Virus record (IMG/VR): IMGVR_UViG_3300021371_000011
Length of the DNA: 64,000 nucleotides
Direction: 5' to 3' (one strand)
From: an uncultured virus (IMG/VR IMGVR_UViG_3300021371_000011)
Taxonomy: Duplodnaviria; Heunggongvirae; Uroviricota; Caudoviricetes
The position numbers and the translations under genes were made by a program. Below, piece by piece: positions 1 through 8,365 of this stretch. The notes beneath the pieces were generated by a model. That model made no database searches. It worked only from the letters and a program-made list of their open reading frames with translations, and was not told where the DNA came from. How positions within the stretch are numbered: position 1 is the first letter of the stretch; the number at the start of each line of letters is the position of its first letter.

Positions 1-344
1 AAGTGTGGTAGTGGATATGTACAACCTGTACCCGAACACACGAATGACGGGCTTGTATGTATGGAAAACAACGATGTTTTACATGGTGTCTTGAAACAGA
101 TTTTAGAGAACCTAGATGATGAAATAAGTTTGGGTAATTTATCAAAATTAAAAGGTAAAAAGGCGTGGAATAAATACAACCCTAACCTTTGGTATTCCGA
201 TAAAAATAAGTTAGAACGTGAAAATTATTTATTCTTTTTATGATTCTAAATTACGCAAAAAGAATAACAGGCTTGCAGTACTGCGGTTTTGTTAATTCTT
301 TAATTAATTCAATAGTATGTTTGGTAAGCCCACTACTATTATTC

Positions 345-406
345 TCATCTATACTATAGAAGAAATAAAATTAATTAGAAAATGGAGAGCAGTACAGCGT
401 TTTATT
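345..406 (+). promoter_or_regulatory. 62-bp bipartite conserved element, copy 1, upstream of the replication operon
   Basis: Matches the reverse complement of 49874-49935: 26/27 identical in the left box and 18/18 in the right box GCAGTACAGCGTTTTATT, with the same spacing. Confidence 0.75.
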
Positions 407-446
407 CTTTTTACGCAAAGCAGAAATAAAAAAAAGAATTAAAAAG

Positions 447-477
447 TTTATAATCGAAAGAAAAGGAGAGAAGAAAT
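447..477 (+). promoter_or_regulatory. Archaeal TATA-box promoter (TTTATAAT), probably leaderless
   Basis: TATA starts 31 nt before ATG 478; followed by CGAAAGAAAAGG, similar to the promoters at 5710, 9892, 12176 and 14452. Confidence 0.6.
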
Positions 478-903
478 ATGGGTAGAGCGACAGGTGTAAT
501 GCTTCAAGATGAAGTATATCAAATACTAAAGGATAAGCCGAATGGAATGACAGCGTATGAGATAAACAAAATATTGAATGACAAAGACCGACTAAAAAGA
601 AAGAATGAAGAAAGATACGAAAACAGGAATAATAACGGTAATAAATATCATCCTATTAGAGTAAAGGGAAATGGTAGCGGTAATACGACAATAGAATTAT
701 CCGCAAAACTAAGTAGGAGTATATTATTTGACAGTAGGATGGAATCAAGAAGGAATACTAAAGGTCAATTGACACCCACTAATATTTACACAGCAAGAGA
801 TTTAGAAACAGCGTATGATAAAATGATTAGAAGTAAAAAGAAAACAAGTAAGTTTCCTAAAGTATTACAAAATTACGCTAAAGGTAAGGGGATGACACAA
901 TGA
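478..903 (+). CDS. Basic putative winged-HTH DNA-binding protein
   Basis: VYQILKDKPNGMTAYEINKIL resembles wHTH helices 1-2; K/R-rich. Confidence 0.45.
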   Translation: MGRATGVMLQDEVYQILKDKPNGMTAYEINKILNDKDRLKRKNEERYENRNNNGNKYHPIRVKGNGSGNTTIELSAKLSRSILFDSRMESRRNTKGQLTPTNIYTARDLETAYDKMIRSKKKTSKFPKVLQNYAKGKGMTQ

Positions 904-1778
904 AGGCTAACATAGTAGAAACTTATGGTGATACAGATATTGTATGGAATAAGATATACGGTGAACACACATCGAAAACACCTACTACTCTCATAGTCTT
1001 TAATCAGAATGAAAAGGGGTATGCTAGTTTTATTACAGGCATGGGTTTGATAGGTGATGAGAAACCTGTCGCTAGAATCTTTAGTAGATTGCATCAAGTA
1101 GAGCCTTTCAACAATTATCCCGAACCCGTATTTCCCGAATGGAGATTGTTTGAAAGGAAAAATATGGATGGTGATAGATTCTTTATTCTTAGGATTACAC
1201 ATACATTCCCTGTACACAACGATGATGAATCTTCTATATCGTGGTTATACACATACCCAATCATTAGAGATATAGTCCTAGCACTAAACAATAAAGGTGT
1301 TGATTCTCTATGTTATCTTACGGTAAATCTAATGCAAGAGTTTTCTACTACTACTCACGGTATGATACATGAGAATCAAATAGGAATCTTTGACTACATG
1401 AACCACGAAGAAGATATTGACTTAATTACTAAATATAATGATACTAACGAAACATTATTCCGAACAAAAACGAAATTAGAAGAAGATATAGTGATGCCGT
1501 TGCCTGTTTGGGCTTTCGGTGCGGTGTTCAAAAACTTTTGTAGAAATACTATTAGGGAAAATATAACTGTAATAGGCGGTAGGGATAGAAATACATTTGT
1601 GAATACCGAAACACAAGAAACACTATCATGGTTTGTTCAAGATAAGTACAAATTGACCGTAGACCATGAGAAGGAAAAGTATTTAACCGTTCTATTGTCT
1701 GACTTAGAACACCTTACCAAGCCGCTAAGTCTTGATAGGGCTATGGTAGAGTTTGGGGGCGAAGAGTTTGGAGAGTAA
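900..1778 (+). CDS. PAC2/proteasome assembly chaperone-like protein (tentative)
   Basis: The pattern LIVF..GYASFITGMGL..PVARIFS..P.WRLF..FFILR..YPIIRDIVLAL..KGVDSLCYLT follows the PAC2 family layout as recalled; ATGA overlap with the upstream gene. Confidence 0.45.
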   Translation: MKANIVETYGDTDIVWNKIYGEHTSKTPTTLIVFNQNEKGYASFITGMGLIGDEKPVARIFSRLHQVEPFNNYPEPVFPEWRLFERKNMDGDRFFILRITHTFPVHNDDESSISWLYTYPIIRDIVLALNNKGVDSLCYLTVNLMQEFSTTTHGMIHENQIGIFDYMNHEEDIDLITKYNDTNETLFRTKTKLEEDIVMPLPVWAFGAVFKNFCRNTIRENITVIGGRDRNTFVNTETQETLSWFVQDKYKLTVDHEKEKYLTVLLSDLEHLTKPLSLDRAMVEFGGEEFGE

Positions 1779-3102
1779 TTTTAACGTATTTGAAAAGACG
1801 CAGGAGTTTGCTGATAGAAACTTCTTCATTGATGTAGCGGATAAGATACCTATATTTCTATGTAGTATCGGTGGACATTTGTTTAACACTATGAATAAGT
1901 GTAGCCGATGCGACTTCGACCCCGATAGCCCACTATATACAACAGGCGACTTCGTTATAGAGCATTGTCCACTACGACATAACAATATGCCGTTCTATAC
2001 TCCTATGTCTCAATTACCCGACACAAGGATTCACCTAATGCTTAGAGGTGCTAAAGGTTCGGGTAAAAGTATTCTTATCTTAATGTTCCTAGCAGAAAAT
2101 ACAGGTCTTGTTCATAGCAACAATGCAGATATGGGACAAGGTTATAGTACAATGATGGGTGCTAACTCTATCACGGAAGCAGGTATGTTTGGCTCGGTAG
2201 ATGAGGATGGTAATATAGCGGGGCGACCTATCGCTAGGGAATTATGTGGTGGGTTCTTAGGCTTTGAAGAGTTTTCCTCTATGTCTGATGCGTCTAAAAA
2301 AGACCACAGCCTAGATATGAAAAACCAATTACTTACATCCCTAGATAATGGTAGGGTAAACAAAGCCATGAGAAACGGGTGGGTAAATTATACTACACGA
2401 TATACTATATGGGCGGGAACACAACCCGCTAGGTTTGAGTTAGAATCCGGTCTTGACAGAAGATTCTTTATCATTGATATTGAGATGACACCGGAGAAGG
2501 AACAGGCTTACAAGAAAGCACAACACGCACAAGCAAATATGCAGATAGAAGAAAGGGCATCTCTCGCTAACCTTAATATCGAGATTAAGGAGTGGATTAG
2601 AAGAAGGCAACAAGAAGCAACAGCAAATCCACCAACGGGTGTTTTATTTGATGATGACGTGGCTGAATGGATTGACAGACCGGATGTACGTTCTTTTGAG
2701 GCAGATTTATTCCGTAGATTATGTATAGGTTATCACATGATGCAACCTACTTATGTTGGTGGGCAACCACTAATTATTACTCTTGACGATACTCTTAGGG
2801 GAATACTAAATCAATCACTAGAGATGAGAAGAAGAGTAATGGATGCAGACCTTGAGTTAATCAAGAGTACGTTTTGGATGAAGGATATATCTAAATCAAT
2901 ATTACTAAAAGAAGTCTCCAAGATGATTACAGCAGGTGATTATCAATCAGCGAAGAGATGGGTTGTAGAAAACCTAGAAGGTCAATCATGGTACGGTGAA
3001 TACGCACCTAACGTCAAGAGGCGTGGTAGAAAGGGTATTACTTGTCGTATCGGAACACAGCGTCTTGAATCAGATGAAGAGGAACAAAAGTGGGGTATAT
3101 AG
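1768..3102 (+). CDS. mcm: MCM-like AAA+ helicase
   Basis: Walker A GAKGSGKS, ITEAGMFG, Walker B GGFLGFEEF, LDRRF arginine finger; Cys/His insert CSRC..HCPLRH. Start is probably TTG 1768 after GGGGG (the track uses 1753). Confidence 0.75.
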   Translation: MESNFNVFEKTQEFADRNFFIDVADKIPIFLCSIGGHLFNTMNKCSRCDFDPDSPLYTTGDFVIEHCPLRHNNMPFYTPMSQLPDTRIHLMLRGAKGSGKSILILMFLAENTGLVHSNNADMGQGYSTMMGANSITEAGMFGSVDEDGNIAGRPIARELCGGFLGFEEFSSMSDASKKDHSLDMKNQLLTSLDNGRVNKAMRNGWVNYTTRYTIWAGTQPARFELESGLDRRFFIIDIEMTPEKEQAYKKAQHAQANMQIEERASLANLNIEIKEWIRRRQQEATANPPTGVLFDDDVAEWIDRPDVRSFEADLFRRLCIGYHMMQPTYVGGQPLIITLDDTLRGILNQSLEMRRRVMDADLELIKSTFWMKDISKSILLKEVSKMITAGDYQSAKRWVVENLEGQSWYGEYAPNVKRRGRKGITCRIGTQRLESDEEEQKWGI

Positions 3103-3711
3103 ATGAGGACAGCAAGAGAAATACAACAAAGACTACACGGAGAAAATGACGCTTTTGCTATCGAGGTTCTTAGGTGGGTTTTAGATGGTGGCTGTCCTAT
3201 GTGCGACCACAAATCCAAGAAGGATTACGAATTAGGTATAATGAATGAAGAGTTTAGTGCTACGTTTTTAGAAGTAAGGCACAATTGGAATGAAGGTGTA
3301 GTTATGAACCACATGGATAATCATATAGAGTTTGATGCTTTACAGGCAAAGAACATGGAAGAAGATAGACAACAAACTATCTCTACATTAGATGCGGCAG
3401 AAGATATTGTTATTAGGATTCAGAATTACTTAAACGAATTAGAAGTACAGAAAGAAGCAGCAGGTGGTATATCATCCGAGTTTGTTAGTGATGCGGCAAA
3501 ACTAATTGGACAGGCTAATTCTTCTTTGAAATTGGTAGGTCAATTGAAAAAAGAAATAGGTGTAGATTCGCAGTTGATGTTGGCTCAAGCACAGGTCAAT
3601 GATATGTCGAGAATATTGATAGAGGTATTAGGTTCTCACCCGCAATTACTAGACCAAGTAGAATTGAAAATGGCTTTGTTGAAAGAACCTTCGGTGATTA
3701 TAGATGGCTAA
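3103..3711 (+). CDS. Hypothetical protein, Zn-binding (CPMC..H) plus helical/coiled-coil region
   Basis: 202-aa ORF abutting the MCM-like gene. Confidence 0.6.
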   Translation: MRTAREIQQRLHGENDAFAIEVLRWVLDGGCPMCDHKSKKDYELGIMNEEFSATFLEVRHNWNEGVVMNHMDNHIEFDALQAKNMEEDRQQTISTLDAAEDIVIRIQNYLNELEVQKEAAGGISSEFVSDAAKLIGQANSSLKLVGQLKKEIGVDSQLMLAQAQVNDMSRILIEVLGSHPQLLDQVELKMALLKEPSVIIDG

Positions 3712-3952
3712 GAAATGGCGAAACGAACCCGCTAGAAGGTTAATCAATAGAGCAATCTATGAAAAGGATTTACCTAATTTGATTGAAGCCATGAAAGAAG
3801 ATAATCTTACGGCAAATATAACTCACAATGGTATAGAATGGTATCATGCAGATTATAGGATAACTAAGACTTCTATAATGGATGTTTGGGGTCTTACCGC
3901 AGGACAAATGGAACGTGTGCAGAATTACGTTTATGGACATGACCCATTCTAA
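3704..3952 (+). CDS. Hypothetical protein
   Basis: GGTGA RBS, overlapping operon arrangement. Confidence 0.6.
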   Translation: MAKKWRNEPARRLINRAIYEKDLPNLIEAMKEDNLTANITHNGIEWYHADYRITKTSIMDVWGLTAGQMERVQNYVYGHDPF

Positions 3953-4004
3953 CTTTATATAGTAGTATATCAAAAAATTGTAGCAAAAAAATTATGGTGA
4001 GCCT

Positions 4005-4670
4005 ATGGGTATAGTGATATTTACAGATGATGACAGTAAGTTTATGGAATCTAAATACATTATGATGATAGGAGAAATTGATACACCACCTACTGATAAA
4101 GATACTACTTACATTTTGCGTAGCAATAAGTTTAAGGAAAAAGATGTGTTAGAATGGCTTCCTTTAATAACAAACCGACTTGTAGTTTGTTGTGATAAAC
4201 CACCTAAGATAACTAAGAAAAGTGAGGATTATGTTATTATATCCGACTCTCTTAAGATTAAGGGTAAAAGTAATCACTACTCTCCTATAAATGCTTTGCT
4301 AACATGGAAGGACAGAAGAAGAGTCAATGCGATATTTAGTAAAACTCCTTTGCCTTTGGCTAAGGCATTCTTGAAAGAAAATGACGTAGACATTACAGTA
4401 TGGCGTAAATTAGCCAAAACTGCTATGTTTTTACCGGAAAAGTATGTAAGGGCAATAATGGTTTATGGTATAGAACCTGCTCATAAAAAAACTAAGTTTC
4501 CTAAGAAGAAAAAACAAGAATATAGACACGAACAATCCCGTTCAAGTGATAAGCACATAGAGGTTATAGTAAAAAACTCTATAACCGTAAGTAATCGTAT
4601 TAAGGAACAAGGCGGAAGCGTACCTAAAGGTATGAAGAAGTCTAAGGGATTGATACAAGAATGGTTGTGA
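4005..4670 (+). CDS. Hypothetical protein
   Basis: 221-aa ORF, GGTGA RBS, TTTATATA upstream at about 3954. Confidence 0.6.
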   Translation: MGIVIFTDDDSKFMESKYIMMIGEIDTPPTDKDTTYILRSNKFKEKDVLEWLPLITNRLVVCCDKPPKITKKSEDYVIISDSLKIKGKSNHYSPINALLTWKDRRRVNAIFSKTPLPLAKAFLKENDVDITVWRKLAKTAMFLPEKYVRAIMVYGIEPAHKKTKFPKKKKQEYRHEQSRSSDKHIEVIVKNSITVSNRIKEQGGSVPKGMKKSKGLIQEWL

Positions 4671-4864
4671 TATATATGGTGGGAGTACTAAAACTTTTTA
4701 TCATGTATATTCTATTGTATTTACCTTTTAAGGCAATAGGTAATTACTACGAGCCAAAAAAACAAAGAACACAATATACTGATGAAATACATTTATATAA
4801 AAATATAGGAGATGATGGATTCTTTATGGCCGCTATGTATCAAGATATGGGGAATGATTTATAA
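4661..4864 (+). CDS. Small membrane protein
   Basis: Hydrophobic N-terminus; start uncertain. Confidence 0.45.
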   Translation: MVVIYMVGVLKLFIMYILLYLPFKAIGNYYEPKKQRTQYTDEIHLYKNIGDDGFFMAAMYQDMGNDL

Positions 4865-4888
4865 GCACTATGAGGCTTACATTTATAC

Positions 4889-5287
4889 ATGAGTGCTAAT
4901 AACAAAAGAGTCAGACGTATTATCGTTGACATTTTGTGGGAATATGGTGCTATGACGAAAGAAGGGATGGCTGCTATGTTAAGTAAAACCAAAAACATTA
5001 GAACCGTTCCTTCACCACACAGTCTTTCGGCTTTGTTAAGTAAGAATCCACAGATTGTACAAGTAGGTTCTACTAAAGTAGAAAATGCGATAGGTACATC
5101 AGCAAATCATTTAGTATATGATATTAACAGAAAAATAATACATACAAAGGAAGATATTATGCTTACAAGAAGTCCGACAGTTATGACTCCGGCACAGATG
5201 CAGGAAGCACAACAATGTTCTTGTGGTAAGATAAGAATATTTCCCCCAAATGAAACTCAATGTTTGCATTGTGTTAGGAAAGTATAA
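4889..5287 (+). CDS. wHTH plus C-terminal Zn-ribbon protein, putative transcription regulator
   Basis: IVDILWEYGAMTKEGMA..PSPHSLSALL; CSC..CLHC; TATA TTTATAAG at 4858, 31 nt upstream. Confidence 0.55.
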   Translation: MSANNKRVRRIIVDILWEYGAMTKEGMAAMLSKTKNIRTVPSPHSLSALLSKNPQIVQVGSTKVENAIGTSANHLVYDINRKIIHTKEDIMLTRSPTVMTPAQMQEAQQCSCGKIRIFPPNETQCLHCVRKV

Positions 5288-5305
5288 TAATAAAACACTA
5301 GAGGT

Positions 5306-5680
5306 ATGACTATGCAGGGAATAGAAATGGATGACTTATCCACTATCATAGCAAGTGTCTTTAATGTTGAGAAACCGATAGATTTAGGGGAAATATTAAC
5401 TACTCAAAATATGAATGAGGCTCAATACATGAGGTTTGTTCTTTGTCTCGCTACCGATGTAGATTACGAGTTAGGAGATGACGAAGTAATAGATGATATG
5501 ATTACTACTCTTCCCGAAAAAGTAAGTACAGAATACCTAAAAGGTATTATGGTAGGATTACTTTTATCCTTAGAAGCAGAAGCGAGAACAGGCGGCCAAT
5601 TAGGTTTCAGACCTGCACACGCAGAAATTATGAGTTTATTCCAATCAGCAGAAGCGTTAATTTATGAGAGACAGGTGTAA
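5306..5680 (+). CDS. Acidic hypothetical protein
   Basis: 124-aa ORF in the operon. Confidence 0.6.
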   Translation: MTMQGIEMDDLSTIIASVFNVEKPIDLGEILTTQNMNEAQYMRFVLCLATDVDYELGDDEVIDDMITTLPEKVSTEYLKGIMVGLLLSLEAEARTGGQLGFRPAHAEIMSLFQSAEALIYERQV

Positions 5681-5685
5681 ATATG

Positions 5686-5739
5686 ACGCTTGCGATACAG
5701 AACATAAAGTATATAACCGTAGAAAAATGAGGTATTAAC
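5686..5739 (+). promoter_or_regulatory. Outlier copy of the 18-bp motif (ACGCTTGCGATACAGAAC) plus TATATAAC promoter
   Basis: 17/18 identical to the copy at 63919; TATA at 5710, ATG 30 nt later. Confidence 0.7.
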
Positions 5740-5892
5740 ATGGGAGAAACAGACGACTGCGACCCTAGACACCATGAGTTTGATTTTGTTAGAATCAAGG
5801 GTGATAGTAGGGGAGACAGGATGTTAGTATATTGTACTTGTAGAGTATGTGGAATGCAGACAGCATTACACGGCACTATGGGTCTTTATTGA
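5740..5892 (+). CDS. 50-aa Cys/His microprotein (not in ORF track)
   Basis: MGETDDCDPRHHEF...CTCRVCGM..; ATG exactly 30 nt from the TATA box. Confidence 0.6.
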   Translation: MGETDDCDPRHHEFDFVRIKGDSRGDRMLVYCTCRVCGMQTALHGTMGLY

Positions 5893-5899
5893 ATCTCAA

Positions 5900-6008
5900 G
5901 TTGGCGAGGCTACACATTTGGGGTAGTCCAAACCGTTATCCAATCGTATTACCCGTAGGCGAAAGCCGTTTGATGGGTATGTTTACGAGAGCCGTCGGAT
6001 AAGCCAAC
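5900..6008 (+). ncRNA. Candidate structured RNA (three-way junction, GAAA tetraloop)
   Basis: Nested pairings GTTGGC/GCCAAC, GGCTAC/GTAGTC, TTATCC/GGATAA, TCGTA/TACGA, TACCCGT/ATGGGTA, GGC-GAAA-GCC in a GC-rich intergenic gap. Confidence 0.5.
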
Positions 6009-6028
6009 AAAAATAAGGAGAATATAAT

Positions 6029-6919
6029 ATGACGATATGGGCTACTGAATACAGACCTACTCTTAGTGAGATAGTAGGTCAAAACGAAGTTATTAATGAG
6101 ATAACTTCTTTACAGCACTTTATCTTTTATAGTCCTCAAGCGGGTACAGGCAAAACAAGTCTTGCTTTGGCTATGGCTAAGGATTTGGGTTGGCCTATTC
6201 ATGTATTCAATGCTAGTAGTAAAAAGACTAGGGGTATTGACTTCGTAGAAGAAGAGTTATTACCTATGTCTAGGACAGGCAACACAAACCAATTCTTTTT
6301 ACTCGATGAGGCAGACCAATTGACACCCGCCGCACAATCAGCACTAAAGGGAGTTATAGAAAACTCACAGGGTTATTTTATCCTTACTTGTAATGATTTG
6401 AGTAAGGTTAGTAAGTGGCTACAATCTAGGTGTAGAGTTTTGAGGTTCAACCCTATTTCTAAGGAACACATAGTAAAAAGATTATCTATGATAGCAGGTA
6501 AAACAGGTACGGTTATTACAGAAGGTCAATTAAATCTGATTGCTGATGCACATGAAGGAGACTTAAGGAATAGTATCAATGCTTTACAGGCATTTTCTGT
6601 TCACCCCGAACCGGAAGGGTTCATTAACGGCCTTGTTTCACAAGGTCTTGACGCTAAACATTTTCTTACGTTATGTTTCCGAGAGAACGATTATAATTTA
6701 GCCTTAAAAGAAACATATGGAATACCACCTAGAGAAGTGGTAAAAACAGTATTCGACTACGCTATTACATCTACCGCAAAAGTAGATAGTATAATGCGTA
6801 TCGTAGATGCCGCAGCAATAACCGAAAGGGATTTGATACACGGTGTCGAGGAAAATATAGCCATAGCAAACTTTGTCCGTTTGTGTATGGAAGGATATAC
6901 AAAAACTTTATATCCGTAA
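6029..6919 (+). CDS. rfcS: Replication factor C small subunit (clamp loader)
   Basis: WATEYRP, GTGKTS, NAS, LDEAD, SRC and GDLR motifs. Confidence 0.9.
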   Translation: MTIWATEYRPTLSEIVGQNEVINEITSLQHFIFYSPQAGTGKTSLALAMAKDLGWPIHVFNASSKKTRGIDFVEEELLPMSRTGNTNQFFLLDEADQLTPAAQSALKGVIENSQGYFILTCNDLSKVSKWLQSRCRVLRFNPISKEHIVKRLSMIAGKTGTVITEGQLNLIADAHEGDLRNSINALQAFSVHPEPEGFINGLVSQGLDAKHFLTLCFRENDYNLALKETYGIPPREVVKTVFDYAITSTAKVDSIMRIVDAAAITERDLIHGVEENIAIANFVRLCMEGYTKTLYP

Positions 6920-6956
6920 GAAAATAGGACTAGAAATACAAACAGAGGAAACCAAT

Positions 6957-8141
6957 ATGGATGACACGATGATTAATAACGTAGCAAAAACAGTAAATGT
7001 GGCCGCAGACACCCTGCGTAGTAAGGCTGAATCAGTCTTAGCAGAACAGGGTGCGGCTTGGAAAAACGCAGGTAAGTCTGATGACGACTGCGGTATTCTT
7101 GCACTAAGAGTAGCAGCAAGAATGATTAGTACGGAAAATGCGAGACTATCTCGTTCCGGTGCAACAAAGTATGAAGGTATGTTTATTTCAGTACCACGCC
7201 CTAAAGAATGGGGTAAAATACTATACAATAAAATGTCCGGTCAATTAAGAGCCGCTACAGAAGATGTACGAAACGTATTGGTCGAATCCGGTGCTGTTGT
7301 TCTCTTTGAGAATAACCATGATGGTACTTATACAAGACACGCTAGAGAAGATTTCTACGGTGTAGAGACTGCTGACGTATCAGAATTACCACGACATACA
7401 CAAAAACTAGATGAGAATACACACTTCTTCGTAGTATGGGATAAGAACAATAAGACTTTCCCATCCGGTGATGCTAACTTTAAGTATGGCCGACCTAGAC
7501 CACAAGACGAAAGAGAAAGGACTATGTTATTCTTAGGCCGCAAACAAGGTACTAATGATGAAGTAAAGACACTTACTGTTAAGGCGACACAAAAAGGTGC
7601 AGATGTGCAATACCCTACCTTTACAACAGGTACTATCGCATTAAGACCTGCCGCTAACGGCACTACTGCTTACGCTAAAGACGGAGTTTCAGTCTTTGAG
7701 TCTGACGCATCATTATCAAGTATCTTTTCAGCAGACCCATTGACACTTGTACCACAGATTATCGGTCAAGAGAATATGATTTCGGGCTTAGATAAACTAG
7801 GTCAATACTACGACACCCATAACGGAAATGCAGGTTGGTGGGATAGAACCCTCGCTACTGTAGCAGAAGTTATACACATAGACCCTAGAGATAATGGCGG
7901 GTATGTTTTAGTATGTGCAGATTTAGATATTTCTTCTACGGCAGCAACCGTAGATGTATACATTCCAAGTGAACAAGATTCACTTGTTGACTTCGCTGTT
8001 GGTACTAAAGTACTACTTCACGGACAGGCATGGCGAACAAAAGAAGGAGAAGATAGAATGTCTATCTCCGGTTGGTATGCCTTTGACAGAATAGCAGTCA
8101 TGGATGAAGTAGTTTCTACTAACGATGGGTGGGATGAGTGA
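6957..8141 (+). CDS. Putative ssDNA-binding protein (RPA-like OB fold)
   Basis: OB-like C-terminus (AEVIHIDPR..VLVCAD..VGTKVLLHG), acidic tail DGWDE, replication context; start at ATG 6957 after TATA 6907. Confidence 0.55.
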   Translation: MDDTMINNVAKTVNVAADTLRSKAESVLAEQGAAWKNAGKSDDDCGILALRVAARMISTENARLSRSGATKYEGMFISVPRPKEWGKILYNKMSGQLRAATEDVRNVLVESGAVVLFENNHDGTYTRHAREDFYGVETADVSELPRHTQKLDENTHFFVVWDKNNKTFPSGDANFKYGRPRPQDERERTMLFLGRKQGTNDEVKTLTVKATQKGADVQYPTFTTGTIALRPAANGTTAYAKDGVSVFESDASLSSIFSADPLTLVPQIIGQENMISGLDKLGQYYDTHNGNAGWWDRTLATVAEVIHIDPRDNGGYVLVCADLDISSTAATVDVYIPSEQDSLVDFAVGTKVLLHGQAWRTKEGEDRMSISGWYAFDRIAVMDEVVSTNDGWDE

Positions 8142-8356
8142 AGGCTTTAGGTCATTACGTCTTTCTCCATAACACCATACAGGAAACTGTCGGTGGACTC
8201 ATTCTTGAAGGCCATCTACAAGTCCTATCCGTAGGCGGTTTAGTCCCTCTTGTAATAGAAGAGGGCTATTCCGTCATGGTGGATGAGACAAAGGTTATTC
8301 CTTTTGACAATGAAGTTAGTGCTATACATTGGGAACACATACTAGGATATTATTGA
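8138..8356 (+). CDS. groES: GroES-like co-chaperonin
   Basis: MKALGHYVFL..ETVGGLIL..VLSVG..EHILG follows the GroES pattern; directly upstream of GroEL. Confidence 0.7.
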   Translation: MKALGHYVFLHNTIQETVGGLILEGHLQVLSVGGLVPLVIEEGYSVMVDETKVIPFDNEVSAIHWEHILGYY

Positions 8357-8365
8357 GGTATAAAT

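Noticed and set aside
61..243. 60-aa ORF as a complete gene
   Set aside because: The frame is open from the window edge, so it is probably the 3' end of a truncated gene; no function assignable
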